A stretch of DNA of 39,888 nucleotides, taken from positions 1-39,888 of IMG/VR virus record IMGVR_UViG_3300008117_004550; one strand, written 5' to 3'. Below the pieces are notes generated by a model. That model did no database searches. It was given only the letters and a program-made list of their open reading frames with translations, and was not told the DNA's origin. This document shows positions 1-9,814 of the stretch, piece after piece; position 1 is the first letter of the stretch; the number at the start of each line of letters is the position of its first letter. The position numbers and the translations under genes were made by a program. This DNA is from a virus (taxonomy: Duplodnaviria > Caudoviricetes).

Positions 1-669
1 CTTCATTTTTTTAACTTGTTCTTCCAATACATCAGAACTATTGCGAGTAAAATTTGTAAAGTAAAGAACTACATTATTTTCTAATTCGTCTTGAATACTA
101 TCTTTAACTCTTAATGGGTTGACAACTACATCATCACCTTTAAATTCCATATAGTTCCAACCACCAAATGCTGCTGCGTATTGGTCTTGCTTACCACCAT
201 TTTCTGCTAATTCAACCCTTTCAATTTGGATTGCCATTTCAGCTATATCATACTCACCTAATGGAAGATTAAACAATTCAGTATATACTCCTATAAGAGA
301 AACTATGAGTGTTGATGATGTACCCAATCCACTACCCGTTGGTACATCCTGCCACGTTACAATATCGTAACCAAATGGTTCTAACTTAAATCGTTTACAT
401 ATGTGATTGTGGGTTGCTTTAAAGAGCTTTAATCCATAAGAACAATCTAACTCATTACTGAAATCATGCTCCTCTCTTTCCTCTTTATTTACCCAATAAA
501 ACGACACTTTACCATCTTCTCTTAATTGTAAGGATGTGTGAGTAAATAAACGGATTGTAGTATTGATTACTGCACCTGTGTGATGTTTACAATAATCAGG
601 CATATCAGTGCCACCACCACCGAAACTAATCCTGAATGGAACTTTGCTTCTGTAAATTTTTTTCTTCAT
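1..669 (-). CDS. hddA: GHMP-family sugar kinase, D-glycero-D-manno-heptose-7-phosphate kinase-like (3' end runs off the window)
   Basis: Not in the ORF track; manual translation from ATG at 669 gives MKKKIYRSKVPFRISFGGGGTD...DVPTGSGLGTSS...IERVELAENGGKQDQYAAAFGG. PxRIxFxGGGTD, PxGSGLGxSS and GKQDQYAAAFGG are HddA/GHMP signatures. Confidence 0.9.
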   Translation of the reverse strand, partial: MKKKIYRSKVPFRISFGGGGTDMPDYCKHHTGAVINTTIRLFTHTSLQLREDGKVSFYWVNKEEREEHDFSNELDCSYGLKLFKATHNHICKRFKLEPFGYDIVTWQDVPTGSGLGTSSTLIVSLIGVYTELFNLPLGEYDIAEMAIQIERVELAENGGKQDQYAAAFGGWNYMEFKGDDVVVNPLRVKDSIQDELENNVVLYFTNFTRNSSDVLEEQVKKMK

Positions 670-1219
670 CTTCGGTTATTTGTCCACCATTCTCTGCATA
701 CCAATTTTTTACGTTTCTATCTCCTACTAAAAGAAAGAAACAATTGTAACAAAGTGGTCTGATGTTATCTAATTTTCTATTGTTTAAATTACCATCCAAA
801 AAATCTATGAGTAGTGGCATTTTGCCATCTGTGATTCTAGCTTCACTAAATCCACAACTACCACAAACCTTTGGAACATATCCACTATCAAATAATTTGT
901 TTTTAAATTTATGAAGTGGATAGTGAAGATGTTTACCATCTATCAATTCCTCTATGTGATACTTTTTATTTTTGATTGCTTTTGCTTTCTCAATACCAAT
1001 ACCATATGGATTTTTAAGGTCTTCAAAAATTCCATAAAGTTTTGCATACTTTTTGTAAGTATTGTAAGATACTCCCAATAATCTAGCTGCTTCAAACGCT
1101 GAACGAGATTTTTCTTGTGCTGCTTTTATCTGTGATTCAAGAAGTGGTTTTGCTCCCAATCCTCGTTTGCCCTTCGGTGTTTCATCTAAATTAGGGAAAA
1201 AATTATCCGTTTGTTCCAT
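626..1219 (-). CDS. HTH plus degenerate Zn-binding HNH-fold protein
   Basis: N-terminal SAFEAARLLGVSYNTYKKYAK is HTH-like. C-terminal CxxC...LIDFLDGNLNNRKLDNIRPLCYNCF follows the HNH pattern, but both His positions are Phe. Confidence 0.65.
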   Translation of the reverse strand: MEQTDNFFPNLDETPKGKRGLGAKPLLESQIKAAQEKSRSAFEAARLLGVSYNTYKKYAKLYGIFEDLKNPYGIGIEKAKAIKNKKYHIEELIDGKHLHYPLHKFKNKLFDSGYVPKVCGSCGFSEARITDGKMPLLIDFLDGNLNNRKLDNIRPLCYNCFFLLVGDRNVKNWYAENGGQITEDEEKNLQKQSSIQD

Positions 1220-1251
1220 ACTTATAACATTTAATTATAACTATAAGTATA

Positions 1252-2157
1252 TCAAACTATAAAATTATTTATATAAGATATAATTTGTTCCGATATTTTC
1301 TTTGAACCGAATATGGAATTATGTCCATCCAAACTAAATCCATCGGTTGCATCTTTGAATGTATATTTTTGTTCACGTATCCACCATACCAAATCGTATG
1401 AATAATAGTTTTCAACAGGATGATACCCCGTTATATTTTCATCTAAAAAAAACTTAACTGAATTTTCATCTATTACTTTTTGGATTTCGGAACACCTGTC
1501 GTAATTGATATATTTATTACTATTTTTTTGAATAGAATGTAATCTATTATTTGTTTGTATAAAAACAAATTTTATATCATGTAATTTAAAAAGTTCTAAT
1601 AAAATAAACAATTTAGAAAGTTCATCCTTTGCTGATATTTCCAAATCGAAACATTTCTCATAAAATTCACGTGTATATTTGAAGTTATTATCTTCTATAA
1701 AATCAAAATTATCATTATTTGATACAAAGTTACAATATCTTTCTTGATTTAAAAAATAAAACTCATCTCTTCCAATTGGTGGTATTTCCAATAAAAAAAG
1801 AGTATTTTTTAATTCATCTTTGTTTGAATTAATAATATAATTAATTGTTTTTCTAAAAAGTCTATTTAAAGAACCTCCAAAAATTGATTCATTTAAAAGT
1901 TCAGCTTGATAATTTTTTGCAATCAATGCTGCGTAATTAAAGTTTTCTCTAACCCAATCATATTCATTAAAAGGTTGAAAAACATTTGGATTTGTGTAGT
2001 GTGTATTTTCTTTTTGAATATTTGTTTTTCTACATTTTTCTTCAAAAATAGAAATATCTATATCCTTTGTTTCTTCAAAATATTTAAATAACCAAGGATT
2101 ATTGTGGTGATGTCCCCACATAAAACTACAACCGTTTGCATATATTTTAGTAAACAT
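1252..2157 (-). CDS. SGNH/GDSL-like hydrolase-fold protein
   Basis: IYANGCSF (block I), NESIFGGS (block II), C-terminal DGH. ATG at 2157 overlaps the cysC stop (TGATG). Confidence 0.6.
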   Translation of the reverse strand: MFTKIYANGCSFMWGHHHNNPWLFKYFEETKDIDISIFEEKCRKTNIQKENTHYTNPNVFQPFNEYDWVRENFNYAALIAKNYQAELLNESIFGGSLNRLFRKTINYIINSNKDELKNTLFLLEIPPIGRDEFYFLNQERYCNFVSNNDNFDFIEDNNFKYTREFYEKCFDLEISAKDELSKLFILLELFKLHDIKFVFIQTNNRLHSIQKNSNKYINYDRCSEIQKVIDENSVKFFLDENITGYHPVENYYSYDLVWWIREQKYTFKDATDGFSLDGHNSIFGSKKISEQIISYINNFIV

Positions 2158-2603
2158 CAAGTCAACATTTTAATCAATTTACTGAATGTTTCATCTACTG
2201 AATTTGATGTATCTAAATCTACAAAAAATTCAATAGGTGGTTCGTAATCCAATGCAAACTTATCTTCTCTACCTCTCATTTTTTTAGTGTGACAATATAT
2301 CTCTACAACTTTGCACTCTGACTTAAGTTGTTCTCTCAATTTTATATATGGTGATACCAATGATACAACTACATCAATTCCTTCGGAATCTAAATATTTT
2401 GCAATATCCATTGCTTTTTGAATATTCTTTTCTCTACCTTCTCTACTATAATCTGTATTTGGAAATAGTTCTCTTAATTTATCCCCATCAATATGTAATA
2501 CGGATTTTCTCCAATTACGCTTTTCCGTCTGTAACCACCATTGTAACTTTTTAGCCAATGTAGTTTTTCCACTACCAGGTTGGCCTGTAAACCAATATAT
2601 CAT
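2157..2603 (-). CDS. cysC: Adenylyl-sulfate (APS) kinase
   Basis: IYWFTGQPGSGKTT P-loop, IDGDKLR, YSREGREKNI, VVVSLVSPY, YEPP. Confidence 0.85.
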   Translation of the reverse strand: MIYWFTGQPGSGKTTLAKKLQWWLQTEKRNWRKSVLHIDGDKLRELFPNTDYSREGREKNIQKAMDIAKYLDSEGIDVVVSLVSPYIKLREQLKSECKVVEIYCHTKKMRGREDKFALDYEPPIEFFVDLDTSNSVDETFSKLIKMLT

Positions 2604-2606
2604 AAC

Positions 2607-3458
2607 TTATTTCCTTTTTAATGCAAATTCTGCTGCTTTATATGCTTTTGTATTTTTATCGTATGCCAATGCTGATTTAATTTTAATCATTTTACCGGTA
2701 TCAGGATTTTTTACTTTCTTGTCTAAATCTTTTGGTAATAGTGATTTTAAACTCATATCATTTCCTTTCGGTTGTTCTTTTTTAGTAGGCATTTCTTTTT
2801 GTTTTTCTGAATGATTAAATTTCTTTTCAGGTGCTTTTGGAACCTCATGCTTTACATGTTGAACCTTCATTTTTATATTAGGATATTTTTCTTTTAGTTT
2901 ACTTACTGCTGCTACATTTTTGTGAGAATCATCAATAAAGAAAACATCATTATATCCTTTCTTAATTTTATCCTCAATCCAATCTGCTTTCTTTTGTGGG
3001 TCAGAATCACCTAATGCAACTACATACATACCATCCAAACCAATATCTTTTAAATAATCTTTAACTGGTTTGTATGCACTTCTTGCTGTAAGAATAACAA
3101 CTTTTCTTTGTCCTTCTGATTTTGCAACGGTCTTTAATAACTTTGTAATCCCTTTTATTTCTTGTGGTTGTTGTACTTTTTCAAAATCAGAAAAATCAAA
3201 TTGGTCATCTGCTTTTGGTTCATATATTGCATATTCGCCTGGTGTAAGTTTTGATTCTTTACCACCACTATGCTTTACATATATAAATGAATTTGTCTTA
3301 ACCAATGTATCATCAAAATCAAATACTCTTAATTTTTTGCCAGAAGGCAATTCTTCTTCGTTGATTGTTTTGAAAGCATTGGCGAATGGATTGGAATATA
3401 CCTTTCCAAACTCAACCTTAAATCCATTCCACATATTTGATATGAAATTATTAACCAT
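2607..3458 (-). CDS. HAD-superfamily phosphatase (PNK-phosphatase-like) with Lys-rich C-terminal extension
   Basis: Motif I VFDFDDTL, motif II ILTAR, motif III K (QKKADW), motif IV FIDDSHKN. Confidence 0.75.
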   Translation of the reverse strand: MVNNFISNMWNGFKVEFGKVYSNPFANAFKTINEEELPSGKKLRVFDFDDTLVKTNSFIYVKHSGGKESKLTPGEYAIYEPKADDQFDFSDFEKVQQPQEIKGITKLLKTVAKSEGQRKVVILTARSAYKPVKDYLKDIGLDGMYVVALGDSDPQKKADWIEDKIKKGYNDVFFIDDSHKNVAAVSKLKEKYPNIKMKVQHVKHEVPKAPEKKFNHSEKQKEMPTKKEQPKGNDMSLKSLLPKDLDKKVKNPDTGKMIKIKSALAYDKNTKAYKAAEFALKRK

Positions 3459-3765
3459 TTAGAACTTGTCTTTTTGATTTGGTTTTTTTATTAAGTTCTT
3501 CGTTTTCTTTTGTAAGGAATTCCACCTTCACACTCAATGCTGCTACTTCCTTTGTAAGTGCTAATACCATACCACGCAATTCATCTTTTTCTTTTGAAGA
3601 TTGTGATAAGAGTATTTCTAACTTCGCAATACGGTCTTTGCAATCATGTCTGATAAATTCATCATCCTTTTCTTTTTTCATCGCTCTTTTTTCATAGAAA
3701 CGAAATGCGGTTGTTCCGCCTAATACTGTGATTGCTGTGATTAATACCGAATATATATTTTCCAT
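3451..3765 (-). CDS. Small protein with N-terminal hydrophobic helix and coiled coil
   Basis: Hydrophobic segment IYSVLITAITVLGGTTAF followed by a heptad-like charged helix; tight overlaps with both neighbours. Confidence 0.55.
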   Translation of the reverse strand: MENIYSVLITAITVLGGTTAFRFYEKRAMKKEKDDEFIRHDCKDRIAKLEILLSQSSKEKDELRGMVLALTKEVAALSVKVEFLTKENEELNKKTKSKRQVLNG

Positions 3766-4148
3766 TATTCTTCTCCCTTATCACCAAGCTCATGATAGCC
3801 GGTGTTAGCTTGGTTAATAAATTGCATTGCTTGTGAAATGTGGTCTGTAATCCAACCTGGAAGGTTTTTTTCTTGCGTTCCTATTTTACCTTTAAGTTCG
3901 GTAGCATTCTTCATTATATCTTCTAACTGACCCATAGCCATACCAACTTCGTGGTCACCGCCTGAATCTGCTTCTTGCACTTTGTGCTTTAGTAATTCTG
4001 TCATTTTATTGAACACTTGCTCACCACCATCTTCACCTAATCGGTATGCTCCACCCATTTTTTCGTAAATCTTAATCCTATTTTTCATAGGCATTGATTT
4101 TTCTGCAAGTTTATTCCAAATTTTTGGATGCGTTACTTCAAATTTCAT
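3765..4148 (-). CDS. Hypothetical phage protein
   Basis: 127-aa ORF abutting its neighbours; helical DHEVGMAMGQL...LPGWITDHISQA segment. Confidence 0.55.
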   Translation of the reverse strand: MKFEVTHPKIWNKLAEKSMPMKNRIKIYEKMGGAYRLGEDGGEQVFNKMTELLKHKVQEADSGGDHEVGMAMGQLEDIMKNATELKGKIGTQEKNLPGWITDHISQAMQFINQANTGYHELGDKGEE

Positions 4149-4150
4149 AG

Positions 4151-4795
4151 TTATATTTGTTGTATATACCCATATAAATATTGAAAAAATTCAGAATGTC
4201 CATTTTTTCCAAAATGTCTATCATCATTTGATTGCCACCACTCTGGTTTGCTGTTACAATAATCAATCCAACACTTTTTTCCAAATGGATTTACATAGTT
4301 TTTAGGATACTTTTCTACCAATTTATCAAATAAAGATAATCCACATTTATCCATATTCCAAAATAAAAATTTTATTCCCTTACTTCTCAACGAATCTATA
4401 ATAAAATTGTATTGAAGTAATGTAGTATGTGTGTATTGTAGCATTGAATTTTCACTAACCCACTTTTTTTGATAAAATTCTATTTCATAATCTTCATACC
4501 CATCTGTGTTGTTATTTCTTAAATCTATACCTCTATCTTTATAAAAATCATATATCCTATCATAAAAAGTCAATCCAATTATTACAATATCCGAATAATC
4601 AATTTTTTTAATATCTAAATTTTTGTAAATAGAATTTAATATGCCGAAATTTGATATTCCAGCGGATGCATGGTTTTTCAATTCGTAACCTAATTTTTCC
4701 GATAATAATACTGGCCAACTATCTTTTTCTTCTATTTCATTGATTGTAGAAAAATTAGTTGAAAATGAATCTCCAAAAACAATTAAACTTTTCAT
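4151..4795 (-). CDS. SGNH/GDSL-like hydrolase-fold protein
   Basis: IVFGDSFS, SWP, NHASAGISN, C-terminal DDRHFGKNGH. Confidence 0.7.
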   Translation of the reverse strand: MKSLIVFGDSFSTNFSTINEIEEKDSWPVLLSEKLGYELKNHASAGISNFGILNSIYKNLDIKKIDYSDIVIIGLTFYDRIYDFYKDRGIDLRNNNTDGYEDYEIEFYQKKWVSENSMLQYTHTTLLQYNFIIDSLRSKGIKFLFWNMDKCGLSLFDKLVEKYPKNYVNPFGKKCWIDYCNSKPEWWQSNDDRHFGKNGHSEFFQYLYGYIQQI

Positions 4796-5517
4796 TATAA
4801 AACTTTTTTTTCTCTTTTTGTTTTTGAAGTTGCAAATGATAATATTGTGAATCTATTATGTTCACCAATTACTTTTTCAACTGCGTGGGATGTATCAAAA
4901 GTTTCTAAATCAATTATTGCAACCGTTCCAAATTTTGGTATTACTTTATGAGCAACTTCTTTATCCATAGTGTTTTTTGTATTTCTTAAAATTAAGTTAC
5001 CACCCCATTCCTCTTGCCATTCTTCATTTAAGTAAATTAGTATAGCACAAGTATTCTGATATTCCTCTCCTTGTCCATCGTTATGGTCTTTTAAAAAACA
5101 TCCTTCATTATATAATGTCCATTGTGTACCCATATTTACATCAATATCTGTTTTGCCATAAAAATATTCTAAAATACTATAAAAAATTTTAGTAATATCT
5201 TTTGAAAAACTATCATCAGGAAAATTTGCATCACATTGTAACCATATTTGGTCTATACCACTTTCATCATATTTTTTTAGTAAATCAATTTTTTTAATAT
5301 TAGATAAATCATGTGTATCATATTCTTCGGAACTTTGTACAATTTCTTCACCATGATAATCAAATCTTAATCTTTTAAATTTTTTAGGATATTCTAAATC
5401 CGTTACTTTATATTTTATTTTTTCTAAAACTGATATTGATTTATCATCAAAATCTTGCAAATTAAACTCACAATATCCTATTTTATGTAATTTATTTTTT
5501 GCTTCTGTTAGTTTCAT
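4795..5517 (-). CDS. 2-oxoglutarate/Fe(II) dioxygenase (prolyl-4-hydroxylase-like)
   Basis: YxxGxFLKDHND (HxD), LIYLNEEWQEEWGGNL, SHAV (distal His), RFTI (2OG-binding Arg). Confidence 0.85.
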   Translation of the reverse strand: MKLTEAKNKLHKIGYCEFNLQDFDDKSISVLEKIKYKVTDLEYPKKFKRLRFDYHGEEIVQSSEEYDTHDLSNIKKIDLLKKYDESGIDQIWLQCDANFPDDSFSKDITKIFYSILEYFYGKTDIDVNMGTQWTLYNEGCFLKDHNDGQGEEYQNTCAILIYLNEEWQEEWGGNLILRNTKNTMDKEVAHKVIPKFGTVAIIDLETFDTSHAVEKVIGEHNRFTILSFATSKTKREKKVL

Positions 5518-6400
5518 TTTCTAAAAATTTATTTACTTCAATTTCCCAATTAGAATGAGCGATTTGTTTAAATTCTTCTTTTCTGTCTTTTATAGATAAA
5601 TATTTCCTTATACTTTGATTAGGTCGGTTTTTGTGGTTTTCACCGATTATTAAATTTTCTAAAACAAATTGGCCTACCAATTCTTCTTTTTGTGATAGTA
5701 AAGAACCACATACCATAACAAAAGTATCTTCCAATCCATAATGTCCAAATGATTCGGGTATTCCAATCCTATCTAATAATGGTTTTGAAATAAGAGTAAA
5801 CCAACCACCTGCAAATTTTAATGCGTTTATTTGTGCAACATTTACCTCTTCCAATTGTGGTAATCCATCTGCGTAAATATTAGAATTTAAATGATAATTA
5901 ATTGATTTATTCCAATAGTTTTTATTTACTATAATATCCCATGTATTATCCCATTGCTTTACAAATTGTGGAGTAACTACAAACATATCCATACCAGCTG
6001 CTTTTATCATTTGATATGCCGATGTTGCGTAATATAGTGTAGTATCTTTAAATACCATATCAGTATCTAACCAAATAAAAAAATCTGCATCTTGGTTGTT
6101 TCTTAAACTATATCTTCTCTGTGATACACATCCTAAAACTTCATTTGTATCATGTACAATTTCCCACTTACACCAATCTAAATATTTTTGGCATAACTCA
6201 ATAGAACGTTCTCTAATGTATTCTTTTGGTATTTTACTATTTTCCCAATCCGTTAATTCATCGGATAGACACATAGTAATTTCAATACCATACTCAACTG
6301 ATGGGTCTATGAATACCGAATTTCTTTTTAATCTTTCCAACGTTAATGCCAAATCTTCTAATTCTTGTGGCATTGCAAATATACTAATTATACCTTTCAT
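5492..6400 (-). CDS. Putative GT-A fold glycosyltransferase
   Basis: FFIWLDTD (DxD), FAGGWFTLISK, FGHYGLED (GT2/GT7-like GxED). Confidence 0.6.
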   Translation of the reverse strand: MKGIISIFAMPQELEDLALTLERLKRNSVFIDPSVEYGIEITMCLSDELTDWENSKIPKEYIRERSIELCQKYLDWCKWEIVHDTNEVLGCVSQRRYSLRNNQDADFFIWLDTDMVFKDTTLYYATSAYQMIKAAGMDMFVVTPQFVKQWDNTWDIIVNKNYWNKSINYHLNSNIYADGLPQLEEVNVAQINALKFAGGWFTLISKPLLDRIGIPESFGHYGLEDTFVMVCGSLLSQKEELVGQFVLENLIIGENHKNRPNQSIRKYLSIKDRKEEFKQIAHSNWEIEVNKFLENETNRSKK

Positions 6401-7178
6401 AAATCTCTCTTTTTATTTGTTCAATTCTATCGTATTGATGAACTATGTAAAATTTATCTCCATTTTGATTATAGAATTTTCCATCTTTATATATAGGGGT
6501 TGGTTCGGTTATTGGAAATTTATCTTTATTTACCCAAACGGTTCCTAATTGTGTTATAAATCCTCTTTCTTGTTCTACAAATTCTACACTATGTTTGTAA
6601 TGGTCTAATCTTAATAAAATATTATATGCCGCCTGGTCGGATAGCTGTTGTGGGTTTGCCGTTGTTTTGCTCCATCTGTAAATATCAATAAATAGGTCTC
6701 TTATTGCTTCCTTTTTACCAACAATAGTTCCTGCACAATAACTGATTTGTTCTTTCATTCCAAACTCCCATTCCATAGGAAATGTTGTTCCACTATTTAC
6801 ACATGCCCAAGGGTCATCTTTCAAATGAACACATTCACTAAATGCAAGTATATTTTTGTTCATATGTTTATCTAACCATTCTATTGGGTCTTTTTGAAAT
6901 ATAACATCCTTTACATCGGTCCAAATTATTACATCAGTTTCGTATTGATGTAGTAATGCGTACATATCTCTAAACCTCTGAAGAATGATGTGTTCCTGTA
7001 GTTCTGATTGTACTATTAACCATTCTTTTTTAGTTAAATAGTCAACCACTTCTTTAGATACATCATAGACCAACATTAACTTTTCACCCTTAAATCCACT
7101 CTGTTCAATTGATTCAACATATGGTTTAATATCGGTTACATTATATTTGGTTATACATCCTACTATTGTGTATTTCAT
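6384..7178 (-). CDS. Putative GT-A glycosyltransferase (nucleotide-diphospho-sugar transferase/PLOD-GT-like)
   Basis: IWTDVKDVIFQKDP, CAGTIVG, SDQAAYN, HQYDR. Confidence 0.65.
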   Translation of the reverse strand: MKYTIVGCITKYNVTDIKPYVESIEQSGFKGEKLMLVYDVSKEVVDYLTKKEWLIVQSELQEHIILQRFRDMYALLHQYETDVIIWTDVKDVIFQKDPIEWLDKHMNKNILAFSECVHLKDDPWACVNSGTTFPMEWEFGMKEQISYCAGTIVGKKEAIRDLFIDIYRWSKTTANPQQLSDQAAYNILLRLDHYKHSVEFVEQERGFITQLGTVWVNKDKFPITEPTPIYKDGKFYNQNGDKFYIVHQYDRIEQIKREIYERYN

Positions 7179-7963
7179 TATAACGATTTAATTATTTCAA
7201 TATCTTTTATATAATCAGCAATCTCATAATCTCTCCAATTTGTATAATTTGGATATAAATCGGGTCTTTCTCCATACCAAGTTTGTACGTGATTTGGATT
7301 TTGTAATACTTCAAACCCGCCGGCCATAATAACTAACTGCGCCAAACAATCCGACCATCCGATTAATTTACTTTGTTTTGCAATCATATCATAGTTTAAT
7401 TCCAATATTGGTCTAAATTTTTCCCAACTATTAATCCACTTTTGACAATCAATTATAAATCCTCCGCCTGCACCATATCCTTTATTACCGAATATGTTTA
7501 AAGGTATATTGGTGTTTCCTCCAACCTCTTTAATTACATATAATAAAAATTCAGGCATTGTATTTGTATTATATTCAAACCCTGCAATTCCAAATTCTTT
7601 ATCTAAAATAGAAATTGGTTTTAAAATAAAACTATCTTCTTCCAAAATAATCATAAATTTAGAATCAGATTGTTTACATGCCCAATATATGTTATCGCAC
7701 CAAAGTATTGAATTATCTTTTGGCCAACATTCTCTTCCAACATTGTGTTGTTGGTGATTTCCTGGATAACCTATTTGAAATGGATTTTTTTTAATGTTTG
7801 CATTCCATTTATCTGCAATTTTTTTGTAATTATCATAATCACCATCACAATCTACCGTTATAAAAATATCAGCATCTCCATAAAATTCTCTAAATTTTCT
7901 GAAACAATGGTCTGCCGCCTCCCATTTTTTATAACCCCATAAATATGCATTTAATAATTTCAT
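7178..7963 (-). CDS. Putative glycosyltransferase
   Basis: FITVDCDG, MIILEEDSFI, GYGAGGGFI, GWSD; located inside the GT cluster. Confidence 0.5.
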   Translation of the reverse strand: MKLLNAYLWGYKKWEAADHCFRKFREFYGDADIFITVDCDGDYDNYKKIADKWNANIKKNPFQIGYPGNHQQHNVGRECWPKDNSILWCDNIYWACKQSDSKFMIILEEDSFILKPISILDKEFGIAGFEYNTNTMPEFLLYVIKEVGGNTNIPLNIFGNKGYGAGGGFIIDCQKWINSWEKFRPILELNYDMIAKQSKLIGWSDCLAQLVIMAGGFEVLQNPNHVQTWYGERPDLYPNYTNWRDYEIADYIKDIEIIKSL

Positions 7964-9199
7964 TTATTCAATTGTTATTGTTGGAAATAATATAATAAAT
8001 TTTCCATCATATCCATCATTTCTTAAACTATCAATAATAACATCTTTAAAGTTATGTGCTAATATCAATATATAATCCGGCTTATTATTTTTTAAATACT
8101 CTCTACTTTTAATTTGTATTCCTGTTCCTGGAATAAACTTTTCTTGTTTTAAATCGGTATCATCTATAACGACATCTAATATGTTATGGTCTATCTTCGC
8201 ACTATTTAAAAATATACATCCTTTAGCTGCTGCACCGAATCCAAATATTTTTTTATTATCCTTTTTTATTGATTTCAAAAACTCATTAGAATCTGAAATG
8301 TGTTTTTCGATTATACTTCCCCACTTTCTATAATATTCTTCGGTTATAGTTTGCTCACTTTCAATTGCCATATCTACTCCCCAACAAGGTTGCCAAGCTT
8401 CTCCCAAATCTCCTGTGTGGCTTATTAACAATCTTAAACTTCCTCCGTGTATTGATTGTGGAATTACTTTTATTATTCTCAAACCAAATTTTTCTACCAA
8501 TTGCTTTAGTGGTTCTAGTAAATAAAAATAAACATGTTCGTGATATATTTGGTCAAATTGTTTGGTTTCCATATTTGTTTTCCAATATGGAAATTCTAAA
8601 CACCATATTCCAAATTTATCAAGACTTATTGATATTGCTTCAACAAAATCTACGATTGGTGGTGTGTGCTGAAATACATTAGTTGATGTAATTAATCTAA
8701 ATTTTTTATTTAATTTTTTAGCAGTTTCAACACCCCAAAATGCATTATATGTAGGTACTCCTTTTGCCTCACTTAATTTTGTAAGATTTTTAGATGCATC
8801 AACATTTAGAACATCTAATTCTGAATTCTTTTTTAAGAACGTTTGTAATAACGTCCCGTCATTTCCACCGATATCCAATACTTTATCTCCAGCCTTTAAA
8901 GATAAATAAGTATTTACAAATCCATACATTTCTTCACAATGTTTTGCAAATGCTTTTACCACACCGGATTTATATGCATATTGCGAAAACATTAAATTTG
9001 GGTCTACATTTTCAGTAAGACATGATAATTTACTTTTTTTAAAATACTGAACCGTTAGTGGATATCTTTTACAATTGATGGATTCTTCTCTCGTAGTAGA
9101 CAGATTATTTACCAATGGCATCAATCCTAAATCAATGTATGTAAATCTATCCGAATCGCCTGTGATTGGACAGTTTGTAACCTCTGTAACTTCTTTCAT
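7964..9199 (-). CDS. NDP-sugar C-methyltransferase (N-terminal Zn-type domain, class I SAM domain, C-MTase C-terminal domain)
   Basis: DLGLMPLVN, VLDIGGNDGTLL, NVFQH, FDQIYHEHVFY, IHGGSLR, FGAAAKG, KQEKFIPG, ILAHNF. Confidence 0.9.
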   Translation of the reverse strand: MKEVTEVTNCPITGDSDRFTYIDLGLMPLVNNLSTTREESINCKRYPLTVQYFKKSKLSCLTENVDPNLMFSQYAYKSGVVKAFAKHCEEMYGFVNTYLSLKAGDKVLDIGGNDGTLLQTFLKKNSELDVLNVDASKNLTKLSEAKGVPTYNAFWGVETAKKLNKKFRLITSTNVFQHTPPIVDFVEAISISLDKFGIWCLEFPYWKTNMETKQFDQIYHEHVYFYLLEPLKQLVEKFGLRIIKVIPQSIHGGSLRLLISHTGDLGEAWQPCWGVDMAIESEQTITEEYYRKWGSIIEKHISDSNEFLKSIKKDNKKIFGFGAAAKGCIFLNSAKIDHNILDVVIDDTDLKQEKFIPGTGIQIKSREYLKNNKPDYILILAHNFKDVIIDSLRNDGYDGKFIILFPTITIE

Positions 9200-9814
9200 T
9201 TATACTTTTATATATTCATTAATTAAACATTCTACTCTGTAAGGTGCTTCATCTTTACATTCAAAAATTGATGTTAGATTTCCATTATGATTCGAACCTA
9301 TAAAAAATTCAACAGTCAATGGATTTGCATTACCTAATAGTTGAGTATCATACAAATACTTTTCATCTAACGTTTTTATATAATTAGATTTAGACCACCA
9401 ATATGTTCCGCTGAAATGTGGATAGTATCCAACGTGAGTATCTTTTCTTAAATTACAACCGACAGCATCACTACCACTATCCAATAATTGAACACATTCT
9501 TTCCATCTATATATTAAATTATAATCCATAGAATATCTCCACATAGTGTTATTTATACCCGTAGTTGAAACTGCTTTTGTATGAAAATACATTATGTAAC
9601 AATCATTTTCTTTTACATACTTTGATAGTAACCTCATAGTTGGTTTTTCTCCATCACTGTCGGTATGAATTATCGGAAAGAATTTTTTATAAGTTTTTAA
9701 TAGTTCTACAAACCAAATTATATCTGTTATAGATTTAGCAGAAATACCTGTAAATATATAATCTACCTCATTATATAGTCCTGATGTTATTAATTTATAA
9801 ATTGTTTTATTTTT
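9200..9814 (-). pseudogene. HTK-motif glycan-locus protein (paralog of 16854..17516), apparently missing its N-terminus and start codon; first ATG at 9637
   Basis: Frame stays open from 9814 (…IYKLITSGLYNEVDYIFTGIS…GEKPTM) with no ATG before 9637. Shares YxHTK, WR..M.Y.LI, HFSGxxWW and YxKTLD with the paralog. Confidence 0.5.

Noticed and set aside
1243-1252. ATATACTTAT as a late-promoter motif (also at 36207-36216 in the opposite orientation)
   Set aside because: Only two copies, one pointing antisense, in very AT-rich DNA; cannot be separated from chance within this window.
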